Shown here piece by piece: positions 1-8,175 of a stretch of 44,935 nucleotides of DNA; within the stretch, counting starts at the first letter, position 1, and each line of letters starts with the position of its first letter. Below the pieces are notes generated by a model that saw only the letters and a list, made by a program, of their open reading frames with translations, was not told the origin of the DNA and did not search any database. Both the position numbers and the translations under genes were made by a program. Where the stretch lies: the IMG/VR virus record IMGVR_UViG_643348551_000004; one strand, written 5' to 3'. Origin of the DNA: a virus (lineage: Duplodnaviria > Heunggongvirae > Uroviricota > Caudoviricetes).

Positions 1-1164
1 TTACGCCTTCTTTATATCCTCCATAATTCCAGAGTGGGACATATTTGGGACATTATCACCAAAAATGTCGTCTATTTTCCTCGCATGCTCTGTCAAATGA
101 TTAGGCGCAAGGTGAGCATACCTACGAACCATTTCTATGGACTCCCATCCGCCCATTTCCTGAAGCACTGATAATGGGACGCCTGACTGAATCAGCCAGC
201 TTGCCCAGGTATGTCTGAGGTCATGGAAACGGAAATCTTCAATTCCTGCACGACGACAAGCTGATAGCCATGATGTCTTGCTGTCGATGCGCATCTTCCT
301 GACCGCAGGCGTTGATGTTCCATCTGCTCGCTTAGCCGCCTTGGTATGTACAAACACCCATTTGTGATGCTTGCCTATTTGATCACGCAACACTTTACAG
401 GCGGTATCGTTCAGCGCCACACCAATGGCGCGGTTTGATTTGCTCTCTTCTGGATTCACCCAGGCAACTCGTCGCTGCATGTCGATTTGTTGCCATTCCA
501 GATTTATGATGTTCGACTTTCTCAGACCAGTTGCCAGCGCAAACTTGACGACAGATTTCAGTGGTTCGGGGCACTCATCAATAAGGCGTTTTGCTTCCTC
601 CTTTTCCAGCCATCTGACTCGCTTGTTTCTGACCGCTGGTATCTTGATGACAGGCGCTTTTTCCAGCCACTTCCAGTCGCGTTCTGCAGCACGGAGAATG
701 GCCTTTATCATGGCAAGATGCTTTGCCTTTGTCTGAGTTGATACTGGCTTTGGTTCATAAACAGGCAGTTCTTTACCTTTCCTGATGGCGGCCTGAACTT
801 TCTGTTTCCATATTTCTTTCGTCTTTCTGTTATGCATTCTGCTTACAGCAGAGTAAATCTTTGCCTCCGAGATATCTTTAAGCCTTATACCCTCAAAATG
901 TTCAAGCCAGAACTCAATCCGGCTTTTATCTGAATCGAGAGATTTTTTATCAGCTTTTTCCTCAAGCCATCTTAGGCAGGCCTCTTCAAAAGTGACATCA
1001 GGTAAATCCCCTAGCTTTTCTACTCGCCAGAGTTCTGCTTTTCGCTTGTCGTGCAACTCCTGAGCTTGCCGCTTGTCCTTTGTGCCAAGAGATTCCTTAG
1101 TTCGTTTCCCGCCCGGGAGCGAATACGAGGCATACCATATTTCATTTCTGCGGAAGAGTGACAT
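1..1164 (-). CDS. intD: Tyrosine integrase, DLP12 IntD type (387 aa)
   Basis: Full-length ORF. C-terminal catalytic motifs are [10 protein letters not shown] and VRRYAHL (R..HxxR..Y). The sequence matches K-12 IntD as I recall it. Confidence 0.93.
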   Translation of the reverse strand: MSLFRRNEIWYASYSLPGGKRTKESLGTKDKRQAQELHDKRKAELWRVEKLGDLPDVTFEEACLRWLEEKADKKSLDSDKSRIEFWLEHFEGIRLKDISEAKIYSAVSRMHNRKTKEIWKQKVQAAIRKGKELPVYEPKPVSTQTKAKHLAMIKAILRAAERDWKWLEKAPVIKIPAVRNKRVRWLEKEEAKRLIDECPEPLKSVVKFALATGLRKSNIINLEWQQIDMQRRVAWVNPEESKSNRAIGVALNDTACKVLRDQIGKHHKWVFVHTKAAKRADGTSTPAVRKMRIDSKTSWLSACRRAGIEDFRFHDLRHTWASWLIQSGVPLSVLQEMGGWESIEMVRRYAHLAPNHLTEHARKIDDIFGDNVPNMSHSGIMEDIKKA

Positions 1165-1391
1165 TTTCTTTCCTCTGTTATGCCATCACCCGCGCTCACC
1201 TTGATAGTATGCAGCGGAGACTGAAGCGCCGCAATGCAGGCTTGTCGCGTTGTGAGGTAAGGAGATTTTGGTTTAGTGGGGTCTTTGCGTGTTGCCTGTA
1301 GGCGGCCTGTTCGTATCCAGTTGGTAGCGGTAGGTCTGGATATCTTGAGAAACTGACAGGCCTCATCGAGTGTGAGGCTGTATGATTCCAT
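1020..1391 (-). CDS. xis: Excisionase-like HTH protein (start taken at MESYSL; overlaps int by about 145 nt)
   Basis: ATG at 1391 is preceded by AGAGGT. The segment [26 protein letters not shown] looks like a Xis/AlpA-type HTH. It sits immediately upstream of int. The 3' extent is uncertain because the frame runs deep into int. Confidence 0.6.
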   Translation of the reverse strand: MESYSLTLDEACQFLKISRPTATNWIRTGRLQATRKDPTKPKSPYLTTRQACIAALQSPLHTIKVSAGDGITEERKCHSSAEMKYGMPRIRSRAGNELRNLLAQRTSGKLRSCTTSEKQNSGE

Positions 1392-1641
1392 GGTTACCTC
1401 TGCTTTTTGAACGCATGTCACGTAACTTCTTAATGTGTTCTGCCGTTTCGATCTCTTCTGCTATCCGATCTGCATCAGCTTTATTCACAGGTTCAAAGTC
1501 ATGATTAAAGCGGAACATGCTGGCGATACATGTTCTGCCTTTTCGGATGTAGTGAACTTTGTTGTGGGTAGAACGCAGGATTTTGCAGGGAGTGCCGTGG
1601 TGGTCGACGTACCAGGTGTTAGGAAAAATGATTCTGAACAT
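1363..1641 (-). CDS. Small prophage protein of unknown function (92 aa; possibly DUF4222-like)
   Basis: ORF with a good SD (GAGGTG, 5 nt, then ATG). It is co-oriented with xis/int. The family assignment is from memory only. Confidence 0.55.
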   Translation of the reverse strand: MFRIIFPNTWYVDHHGTPCKILRSTHNKVHYIRKGRTCIASMFRFNHDFEPVNKADADRIAEEIETAEHIKKLRDMRSKSRGNHGIIQPHTR

Positions 1642-1906
1642 TTTTACACCTCAATTGGACGATGTTGAAATTTGCTGCTTTGAGGCCATCACAGTCCCCA
1701 TTGTTTGTTCTTAAGTTCGATCTCCTCCTGCAACTTGCACAAGTCCGACAACCCTGAACGGCCAGGCGTCTTCGTTCATCTATCGGATCGCCACACTCAC
1801 AACAATGAGTGGCAGATATAGCCTGGTGGTTCAGACGACGCATTTTTATTGCTGTATTGCGCTGTAATTCTTCGATTTCTGATGCTGAATCAATGATGTC
1901 TGCCAT
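1619..1906 (-). CDS. TraR/DksA-family C4 zinc-finger protein (95 aa as read)
   Basis: The motif CCECGDPIDERRR...CRTCASC is a CxxC-N17-CxxC pattern typical of phage TraR-like proteins. The tail after the last Cys looks frame-shifted (see findings). Confidence 0.65.
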   Translation of the reverse strand: MADIIDSASEIEELQRNTAIKMRRLNHQAISATHCCECGDPIDERRRLAVQGCRTCASCRRRSNLRTNNGDCDGLKAANFNIVQLRCKNVQNHFS

Positions 1907-1954
1907 CTTCCATTAATCTCTGAATTGTTGGTTAATACGCTTGAGGGTGAATGC

Positions 1955-1982
1955 GAATAATAAAAAAGGAGCCTGTAGCTCC
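1955..1982 (-). terminator. Possible intrinsic terminator (minus strand)
   Basis: Read on the minus strand it is GGAGC-TACAG-GCTCC followed by TTTTTTATTATT. The stem is short (5 bp), so this is weak. Confidence 0.35.
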
Positions 1983-2274
1983 CTGATGATTTTGCTTTTC
2001 ATGTTCATCGCTCCTTAAAGATGCCGTTTAACATGCCGATCGCCAGGCTTAAATGAGTCGGTGTGAATCCCTCAGCGTTACCGTTTCGCGGTGCTTCTTC
2101 AGTACGCTACGGCAAATGTTATTGATGCTCCTGTCTGGTGACAGCCATCGGGCTTGTATTATGTATAAGTTCTGATAAAAGCCTCCGATATATTAAATTT
2201 AAATAACGAAATTCATCTTCTTGATAAGTTGTGATAGCATCATTAAAAGTTTCAGTTCGTTGAGCAGGGATTAC

Positions 2275-2853
2275 ATGGTAAATCAGCAACAGCAACAGAT
2301 TAACGAAAATCTAAAAATTGAGGCAATCCGTTGGTATCAGAAGCTGCAGGAGATTACTTATCTTGAAGCAGGACAACACATGCGGGCTTTAAATCAGCTC
2401 ATGTGGCAAATCCCTAGTTTCGTAATTGCTGTCAATGGTGGGTTGTGGTATGCAACAACACTGGCAAATGAAAGTTCCCTATGGATTATCTTTGCAGTGT
2501 TAGCATTGTTTGATTTCACAACAATGATTACACTTTATCGCTTAAGGTCTTTAATTGGTTCGAAAATAGCACTACAAAAAAACATTGAAGATCCTTCAAA
2601 AAACTATATTTTAAATGAAATTACTAGAGACGCTGGATTTAAATTGCCCTCTAGCTATGATAATAAGGAAACTGGTTACATAGTAGTGTCGTGCTGGGCA
2701 GTAATGCTTATTGTTTGCTTCTTTGTTAATATTGCTGGAGTATATCATCCAAACTTGTTTTCAAAAGACATTTCACATAATACATACAAAGCAACAATTA
2801 AAAATATTGAGTCAGGATTATTTATCGAAGCAAAATCAGGATTATCAAAGTGA
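2275..2853 (+). CDS. Predicted 3-TM membrane protein with an N-terminal poly-Q, unknown function (192 aa from MVNQQQQQ)
   Basis: ATG at 2275 follows AGGGA. Hydrophobic spans are IPSFVIAVNGGLWYATTLA, LWIIFAVLALFDFTTMITLY and YIVVSCWAVMLIVCFFVNIAGVY. The region is AT-rich and on the strand opposite its neighbours. Confidence 0.7.
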   Translation: MVNQQQQQINENLKIEAIRWYQKLQEITYLEAGQHMRALNQLMWQIPSFVIAVNGGLWYATTLANESSLWIIFAVLALFDFTTMITLYRLRSLIGSKIALQKNIEDPSKNYILNEITRDAGFKLPSSYDNKETGYIVVSCWAVMLIVCFFVNIAGVYHPNLFSKDISHNTYKATIKNIESGLFIEAKSGLSK

Positions 2854-3452
2854 CTTCGTGGAAGTTTTATGACAATAATGCTGATCGCTTATTTGCCGAT
2901 TATATATCACTTGATTTTTACTCTATCTTTCAGGATGTTGAAGAGTTTATTTTACAATCTAAGGGTGTCTCTTTGGATGTCGGTTCAGGTTCCGGCCGTG
3001 ATGCTGCTGCGTTAGATGAATTAGGTTATAAAGTAATAGCTGTTGAACCAAGTGAAAAGATGCGAAATTTGGCATCTTCATATTATAAATCTAACCATAT
3101 TATATGGTTAGATGATTCATTGCCTTTTCTTCATAGTGTTAAAGCAATGAATCTAAAGTTCGACCTTATTTTAGTCAGTGCTGTATGGATGCATCTTTCA
3201 AAAAAAGAGCAAAAAATCTCACTAGAGACGCTAACTGATCTTTTAACATTGAATGGGAGAATGATAATTACATTGCGCTTAGGACCTCCCGAACCAGATA
3301 GAAACATTAACGTTGTTAATACTGAGGAACTTCTTGAGTTAGCGTCTCAGTTAGGTCTGAAAACATTGCGAGTTACGTCAATAAATAAAGATAGTTTTCA
3401 ACGTAACCAGATAACTTGGCAGAAAGTTGTATTATCAAAAAATAATGAGTAA
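2850..3452 (+). CDS. Class I SAM-dependent methyltransferase (200 aa, small-molecule/TehB-like size)
   Basis: Motif I is LDVGSGSGRDAAAL, an acidic post-I is AVEPS, and LILVSAVWMHL follows. The GTG start overlaps the upstream stop (GTGA), which suggests translational coupling. Confidence 0.8.
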   Translation: MTSWKFYDNNADRLFADYISLDFYSIFQDVEEFILQSKGVSLDVGSGSGRDAAALDELGYKVIAVEPSEKMRNLASSYYKSNHIIWLDDSLPFLHSVKAMNLKFDLILVSAVWMHLSKKEQKISLETLTDLLTLNGRMIITLRLGPPEPDRNINVVNTEELLELASQLGLKTLRVTSINKDSFQRNQITWQKVVLSKNNE

Positions 3453-3463
3453 ATAACTTAGTA

Positions 3464-4708
3464 TTATTCGCACAGACCGTAGCGTGAAGAGCAAACCTCT
3501 ATATCGAGACTTGCTTTTACAAGATCGTAGACCTTGCCACCGCGCCCTGTTTTTGCCCACTCTACGACTTCATAAACACCCGGAGAATTAAGATCTCCAC
3601 GAGGACCATAAAATCCTGACCAGTCGATGTGTTGCACATCAGGTTTTAGCCCAAAAAGTTGAATATTTCGACCAAGTGGCAGATTGAACTGTTTCATCCA
3701 GCGTTGGCTTATCTCTCCTACGCTCATCCAGTGTACCCATCTACTAGCAAGGCGTACCTTCAACTCCCATTGTTTGTGCTTTTTGATGTGCTCTGGCCAG
3801 CGCGCAGCCGTCTCTGCAATTTCCTCTTTGTTGCATAGCACGCAATTCATGCAGCCAACACGAGACGCACCTTGCATATAAAGTGGATTTGGCTTAATTC
3901 CGAAATATTTGTGAACTGCGAATACGTCCTCAGCCGTCCATTTGTGGAGCGGCAGGAAGTTGTAGAGAAAATCGGCGTCGCGCATATCGCGGGAAAACCT
4001 CTCATATCCAGCGCGCTTAGAGGACTCATCCGCGCGAACACCAGACCATTGTACGATAACATCGCCAGCATCAAGGAGCGGCTTTATGGCTGCGTCGAAA
4101 GCTATCTGAATTTTCAGTTCGTCTGTACAGAATCGGTCGCGCAGCATAGGGAACTTGCCATGCAGAAGGGAGCAATCCAAAAAGCTATTACCGGATGGGT
4201 GCATAACGGAAAGCGCAGCATCAAGAGCAGTTTCGAACTCAATTCCCCAGCGTTCTGCTGTGCGCTTCCAGGCTTGCCCGAATTTGGTGTCAGAACGTGC
4301 GAGGGAAGGCATGACTATGCCACGGTATGCTCCCATGCGGATCATCTGTCGTTTAGACCAGTTTTTTTGCAGATAAATTCGTCGTTTGGCAAAATCTTCT
4401 TCAGTGTAAATCCGCTTCACAACCTGCACAGGGCTACAACCGATCTGCTCATGAATGCTCCTGGCGAATTCGACAGTTAGATTATGCTCATTATCCGTGT
4501 CTGCCATAACAGCATGTACCTGTTTGCCGAATAATGTGTGCGCCACTGCGAGTGTGGCAGTGCTGTCTTTTCCTGCTGAATAATTCACGATTATCTTATG
4601 ATCATTAGGGATGCGAAATTCATTTATATATCTGTTGTAGGACTCTTCTATTTCGCGAATTTTCTTGCTGATGTCTGTTGGGACAATAATTATTGCTGCC
4701 TCGTTCAT
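3464..4708 (-). CDS. PP-loop ATP-pyrophosphatase / PAPS-reductase-family protein (414 aa)
   Basis: The PP-loop is NYSAGKDSTATL. Cys clusters are GCMNCVLC and the C-terminal VCSSRYGLCE. The SD is GGGAGGCGG, and the start overlaps the upstream orf60a-like stop (ATGA). Confidence 0.8.
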   Translation of the reverse strand: MNEAAIIIVPTDISKKIREIEESYNRYINEFRIPNDHKIIVNYSAGKDSTATLAVAHTLFGKQVHAVMADTDNEHNLTVEFARSIHEQIGCSPVQVVKRIYTEEDFAKRRIYLQKNWSKRQMIRMGAYRGIVMPSLARSDTKFGQAWKRTAERWGIEFETALDAALSVMHPSGNSFLDCSLLHGKFPMLRDRFCTDELKIQIAFDAAIKPLLDAGDVIVQWSGVRADESSKRAGYERFSRDMRDADFLYNFLPLHKWTAEDVFAVHKYFGIKPNPLYMQGASRVGCMNCVLCNKEEIAETAARWPEHIKKHKQWELKVRLASRWVHWMSVGEISQRWMKQFNLPLGRNIQLFGLKPDVQHIDWSGFYGPRGDLNSPGVYEVVEWAKTGRGGKVYDLVKASLDIEVCSSRYGLCE

Positions 4709-4869
4709 ACCGCCTCCCGTTTATTATTTATCTCCTCAGCCAGCCGCTGGGCTTTCAGCGGATTTCGGATAACAGAAAGCCCGGGAAATACCCAGCCTCG
4801 CTTTGTAACGGAGTAGACGAAAGTGATCGCGCCTACCCGGATATTATCGTGAGGATGCGTCATCGCCAT
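4705..4869 (-). CDS. Lambda orf60a-like small protein (54 aa; not in the ORF track)
   Basis: My translation is [54 protein letters not shown]. It matches lambda orf60a as I recall it until the last few residues. It overlaps the exo stop and the next gene's start. Confidence 0.6.
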   Translation of the reverse strand: MAMTHPHDNIRVGAITFVYSVTKRGWVFPGLSVIRNPLKAQRLAEEINNKREAV

Positions 4870-5540
4870 TGCTCCCCAAATACAAAACCAATTTCAGCCA
4901 GTGCCTCGTCCATTTTTTCGATGAACTCCGGCACCATCTCGTCAAAACTCGCCATATACTTTTCATTCCGCTCAATCACGACATAATGCAGGCCTTCACG
5001 CTTCATGCGCGGGTCATAGTTGGCAAAGTACCAGGCATCTTTTCGCGTCACCCACATGCTGTACTGCACCTGGGCCATGTAAGCCGACTTTATGGCCTCG
5101 AAACCACCGAGCCGGAACTTCATGAAATCCCGGGAGGTAAACGGGCATTTCAGCTCAAGGCCATTGCCGTCACTGCATAAACCATCGGGAGAGCAGGCGG
5201 TGCGCATACTTTCGTCGCGATAGATGATCGGGGATTCAGTAACATTCACGCCGGAAGTGAATTCAAACAGAGTTCTGGCGTCGTTCTCGTACTGTTTTCC
5301 CCATGCCAGCGCCTTAGCATTAACTTCCGGAGCCACACCGGTGCAAACCTCAGCCAGCAGGGTGTGGAAGTAGGACATTTTCATGTCAGGCCACTTCTTT
5401 CCTGAGCGGGGCTTTGCTATCACGTTGTGAACTTCTGAAGCGGTGATGACGCCGAGCCGTAATTTGTGCCATGCATCATCCCCCTGTTCGACAGCTCTCA
5501 CGTCGATCCCGGTACGCTGCAGGATAATGTCCGGTGTCAT
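4860..5540 (-). CDS. exo: Lambda exonuclease (Red-alpha), 226 aa
   Basis: Near-identical to lambda Exo ([30 protein letters not shown]...GEQWR). Confidence 0.96.
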   Translation of the reverse strand: MTPDIILQRTGIDVRAVEQGDDAWHKLRLGVITASEVHNVIAKPRSGKKWPDMKMSYFHTLLAEVCTGVAPEVNAKALAWGKQYENDARTLFEFTSGVNVTESPIIYRDESMRTACSPDGLCSDGNGLELKCPFTSRDFMKFRLGGFEAIKSAYMAQVQYSMWVTRKDAWYFANYDPRMKREGLHYVVIERNEKYMASFDEMVPEFIEKMDEALAEIGFVFGEQWR

Positions 5541-6322
5541 GCTGCCACCTTCTGCTCAGTGGCTTTCTGTTTCAGGAATCCAAGAGCTTTTACTGCTTCG
5601 GCCTGTGTCAGTTCTGACGATGCGCGAATGTCGCGGCGAAATATCTGGGAACAGAGCGGCAATAAGTCGTCATCCCATGTTTTGTCCAGGGCAATCAGCA
5701 GAGTGTTAATCTCCTGCATGGTTTCATCGTTAACCGGAGTGATGTCGCGTTCCGGCTGGCGTTCTGCAGTGTATGCGGTATTTTCGACAATGCGCTCGGC
5801 TTCATCCTTGTCATAGATACCAGCAAATCCGAAGGCCAGACGGGCACACTGAATCATGGCTTTATGCCGTAACATCCGTTTGGGATGCGACTGCCACGGC
5901 CCCGTGATTTCTCTGCCTTCGCGGGTTTTGAATGGTTCGCGGCGGCATTCATCCATCCATTCGGTAACGCAGATCGGATGATTACGGTCCTTGCGGTAAA
6001 TCCGGCATGTACAGGATTCGTTGTCCTGCTCAAAGTCCATGCCATCAAACTGCTGGTTTTCATTGATGATGCGGGACCAGCCATCAACGCCCACCACCGG
6101 AACGATGCCGTTCTGCTTATCAGGGAAGGCGTAAATTTCTTTCGTCCACGGATTAAGGCCGTACTGGTTGGCGACGATCAGCAATGCGATGAACTGCGCA
6201 TCGCTGGCATCGCCTTTAAATGCCGTCTGGCGAAGAGTGGTGATCAGTTCCTGTGGGTCGACAGAATCCATGCCGACACGTTCAGCCAGCTTCCCAGCCA
6301 GCGTTGCGAGTGCTGTACTCAT
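5537..6322 (-). CDS. bet: Bet single-strand annealing protein (Red-beta), 261 aa
   Basis: Near-identical to lambda Bet ([44 protein letters not shown]...). Confidence 0.96.
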   Translation of the reverse strand: MSTALATLAGKLAERVGMDSVDPQELITTLRQTAFKGDASDAQFIALLIVANQYGLNPWTKEIYAFPDKQNGIVPVVGVDGWSRIINENQQFDGMDFEQDNESCTCRIYRKDRNHPICVTEWMDECRREPFKTREGREITGPWQSHPKRMLRHKAMIQCARLAFGFAGIYDKDEAERIVENTAYTAERQPERDITPVNDETMQEINTLLIALDKTWDDDLLPLCSQIFRRDIRASSELTQAEAVKALGFLKQKATEQKVAA

Positions 6323-6327
6323 CCGTT

Positions 6328-6624
6328 TTATACCTCTGAATCAATATCAACCTGATGGTGAGCAATGGTTTCAACCATGTACCGGATGTGTTCTGCCATG
6401 CGCTCCTGAAACTCAACATCGTCATCAAATGCACGGGTAATGGCTTTTTTGCTGGCCCCGCAGCGTTGTAAATGATCGATGCAGAGCGATTCAAACAAAT
6501 GCTGGGGCAGGCCTTTTTCCATGTCGTCTGCCAGTTCTGCCTCTTTCTCTTCACGGGCGATCTGCTGGTAGTGACGCGCCCAGCTCTGAGCCTCAAGACG
6601 ATCCTGAATGTAATAAGCGTTCAT
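6328..6624 (-). CDS. gam: Gam RecBCD inhibitor, short (98-aa) form
   Basis: [38 protein letters not shown]...VDIDSEV equals the C-terminal 98 aa of lambda Gam. Confidence 0.93.
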   Translation of the reverse strand: MNAYYIQDRLEAQSWARHYQQIAREEKEAELADDMEKGLPQHLFESLCIDHLQRCGASKKAITRAFDDDVEFQERMAEHIRYMVETIAHHQVDIDSEV

Positions 6625-6699
6625 GGCTGAACTCCTGAAAATGGCTGTGAAAATATCGCCCGCGAAATGCCAGGCTGATTAGGAAAACAGGAAAGGGGA

Positions 6700-7110
6700 T
6701 TAGCGATTCAGGCCGTTACCGCGTCCGTCGAGAAAAACTTCCACGAGCAAATCACGGGTATAAGTGCGCTCGATGCCGCGATGCAGATAAAGCCGTCCGC
6801 GTAAATTAGCTGATGCAGTCCAGGTACCATCTTTGTGTTTGACCAGCATTCCTGGCATGACCGCACCGCGATTAACGGTCTGCGTTCCGTAATGTTGATG
6901 AACCATAAAAACTCCTGCCCGTAAGCTGGGCTGCTGAACATATAGAGACTTCTGCGCGTATTCAGGCGGTGGATGGCCGCCGGTTGTCATAACTAAGCCG
7001 CCTCGTTGAAGCGACTGAGGTATAAAGTGTTGTGTTGATTTCAGCTGGTCACACCGACGTTCACGCGTCCGCTTCACCCCTCGCACTCCCCGGAGCCTGC
7101 TGAAATTCAA
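6700..7110 (-). CDS. First ORF of the pL operon, unknown function; start ambiguous (TTG 7110, GTG 7077, ATG 6990, ATG 6906)
   Basis: This is the only sizeable ORF between pL and gam. The best SD (CAGGAG, 5 nt) precedes ATG 6906 and gives 68 aa. GTG 7077 (GGAG, 8 nt) would add an Arg-rich N-terminus, KRTRERR. Confidence 0.5.
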   Translation of the reverse strand: MNFSRLRGVRGVKRTRERRCDQLKSTQHFIPQSLQRGGLVMTTGGHPPPEYAQKSLYVQQPSLRAGVFMVHQHYGTQTVNRGAVMPGMLVKHKDGTWTASANLRGRLYLHRGIERTYTRDLLVEVFLDGRGNGLNR

Positions 7111-7183
7111 GCTGCGGATCTAAGCGGTCATCGCAACGGTGAATCAGGTGATTGCCGTATCGTTGTGTTGTTGCGACATGGGG

Positions 7184-7212
7184 ATAATAGCTATTGCTAT
7201 TGATGATATCAA
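7184..7212 (-). promoter_or_regulatory. pL-like early-left promoter
   Basis: The minus strand reads TTGATA (7212-7207), a 17-nt spacer, then TATTAT (7189-7184). An operator motif lies in the spacer. It points towards gam/bet/exo. Confidence 0.7.
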
Positions 7213-7262
7213 TACTTATTGCTATTGCTAGATGTGTTTTGATATTAAATGTTTGATAGCAA
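7186..7262. promoter_or_regulatory. OL operator cluster
   Basis: TTGCTATTG occurs at 7194-7202 and 7219-7227, with an inverted variant TGATAGCAA at 7254-7262. Palindromes are AATAGCTATT (7186-7195) and TATTGATGATATCAATA (7198-7214). The same 8-9-mer recurs at OR. Confidence 0.6.
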
Positions 7263-7350
7263 AAAGAATTAATTTTGTGACTTGCATCGCATAGCGATAA
7301 CTGAAGCGAGGTCGTGGTGGTTTTTTGAACGGTGTGTGATGAGGGGAGGG

Positions 7351-7381
7351 CAAAAGAAAACCCGGCACGGTGGCCGGGTTT
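7351..7381 (-). terminator. Intrinsic terminator ending the repressor operon (t_imm analogue)
   Basis: The minus strand reads AAACCCGGC-CACCGT-GCCGGGTTTTCTTTT. A 6-bp GC stem (7361-7366 pairs with 7373-7378) is followed by a U-tract. It lies 75 nt after the 147-aa ORF stop. Confidence 0.8.
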
Positions 7382-7455
7382 AGATGATTGGTTAAGAGCG
7401 AGGGTAATGGGGAATGAAAAATCGCTTTACCTAATGCAAGGGTGCGAGCATTTTC

Positions 7456-7899
7456 TTAAGCACTAAAGAAAAAGTACATTGATAGCTTATAAAGTCCTGT
7501 TCCTGCAGCGATGATTGCTGGAACACCAAGCAATACCGCAAGCTTTGCGTCTGAAATCTTTCTATCGACAGCATCACTTGATGGCTTGTTTGTTAAGGAT
7601 TCTTTTATAGAGTCCAGACGTGCAAGAATAGTTATCATATTTTTGTCGATAGCTTTAACGTCTGTTTTAAGTTCATCAACGTCTCGTTTGATATGAGCAA
7701 CATCGGACTCCAGTTTTGCAACTTTTTCAGGCATGTTATCACTCCCAGACCCACTGCTACCACTTGATTGTAGCATGTCCCATCTTTTTCCAGATATACC
7801 TGCTAGCTGGGAAGACGCACTGGAGTGCAAACAAAATGATTCTGCCGCCTTTGCAATTTTATCATTTAGGTTTGGAGCTTCGTAATAATCGTGTTTCAT
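7456..7899 (-). CDS. Unknown 147-aa protein: Ser/Gly linker, heptad coiled-coil, C-terminal membrane anchor
   Basis: Clean ORF. Elements are SSGSSGSGSD, EKVAKLESDVAHIKRDVDELKTDVKAIDKNMITILARLDSIKESL and LAVLLGVPAIIAAGTGLYKLSMYFFF. It is reminiscent of XhlA-type tail-anchored proteins. Confidence 0.7.
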   Translation of the reverse strand: MKHDYYEAPNLNDKIAKAAESFCLHSSASSQLAGISGKRWDMLQSSGSSGSGSDNMPEKVAKLESDVAHIKRDVDELKTDVKAIDKNMITILARLDSIKESLTNKPSSDAVDRKISDAKLAVLLGVPAIIAAGTGLYKLSMYFFFSA

Positions 7900-7911
7900 A
7901 ATTAATTACGA

Positions 7912-8175
7912 TTAGTTTGTTTTAGCTTTGTCATGCTGGTCGCGAATGAAGTCAGCCAATTTAAGCATCAATTCTTCGGGCATTCTAATGGTTGCAATGT
8001 TGTACTTTATGTTCTCAACATCGTCACTTTCATCAACAGGCCATTCAGTTACATTATGAAAAAAAGAAATTGAACCTAGGCGCTGAGAGCCGTCACCAAA
8101 CGAAGAGTAGCCAAACGCGTCGGCGTATGCATCGACACAGTTATTTGATTTTTTAACAAGTGTTTTATTACTCAT
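7912..8175 (-). CDS. Unknown acidic 87-aa protein
   Basis: ORF with AAGG, 6 nt, then ATG. It ends 12 nt before the 147-aa ORF. The C-terminal ATIRMPEELMLKLADFIRD resembles a strand-helix (RHH-like) element. Confidence 0.65.
   Translation of the reverse strand: MSNKTLVKKSNNCVDAYADAFGYSSFGDGSQRLGSISFFHNVTEWPVDESDDVENIKYNIATIRMPEELMLKLADFIRDQHDKAKTN

Noticed and set aside
1913-2008. 31-codon minus-strand ORF (MNMKSKIIRELQAPFLLFAFTLKRINQQFRD) with an AAGGAG nearby
   Set aside because: It is very short, and its middle is the GGAGC/GCTCC hairpin plus T-run that reads better as a terminator. I have no homology to recall. It is left unannotated.
7361-7400. Exact lambda-type boxA (CGCTCTTAA on the minus strand, 7400-7392) 13 nt upstream of a stem-loop; possible nutL
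   Set aside because: It lies upstream of pL in the direction of transcription, so pL transcripts would not contain it. The stem-loop has a 6-nt loop unlike a boxB pentaloop and is followed by UUUUCUUUU. That is what a terminator for the repressor operon should look like. It may be a relic or a coincidence.
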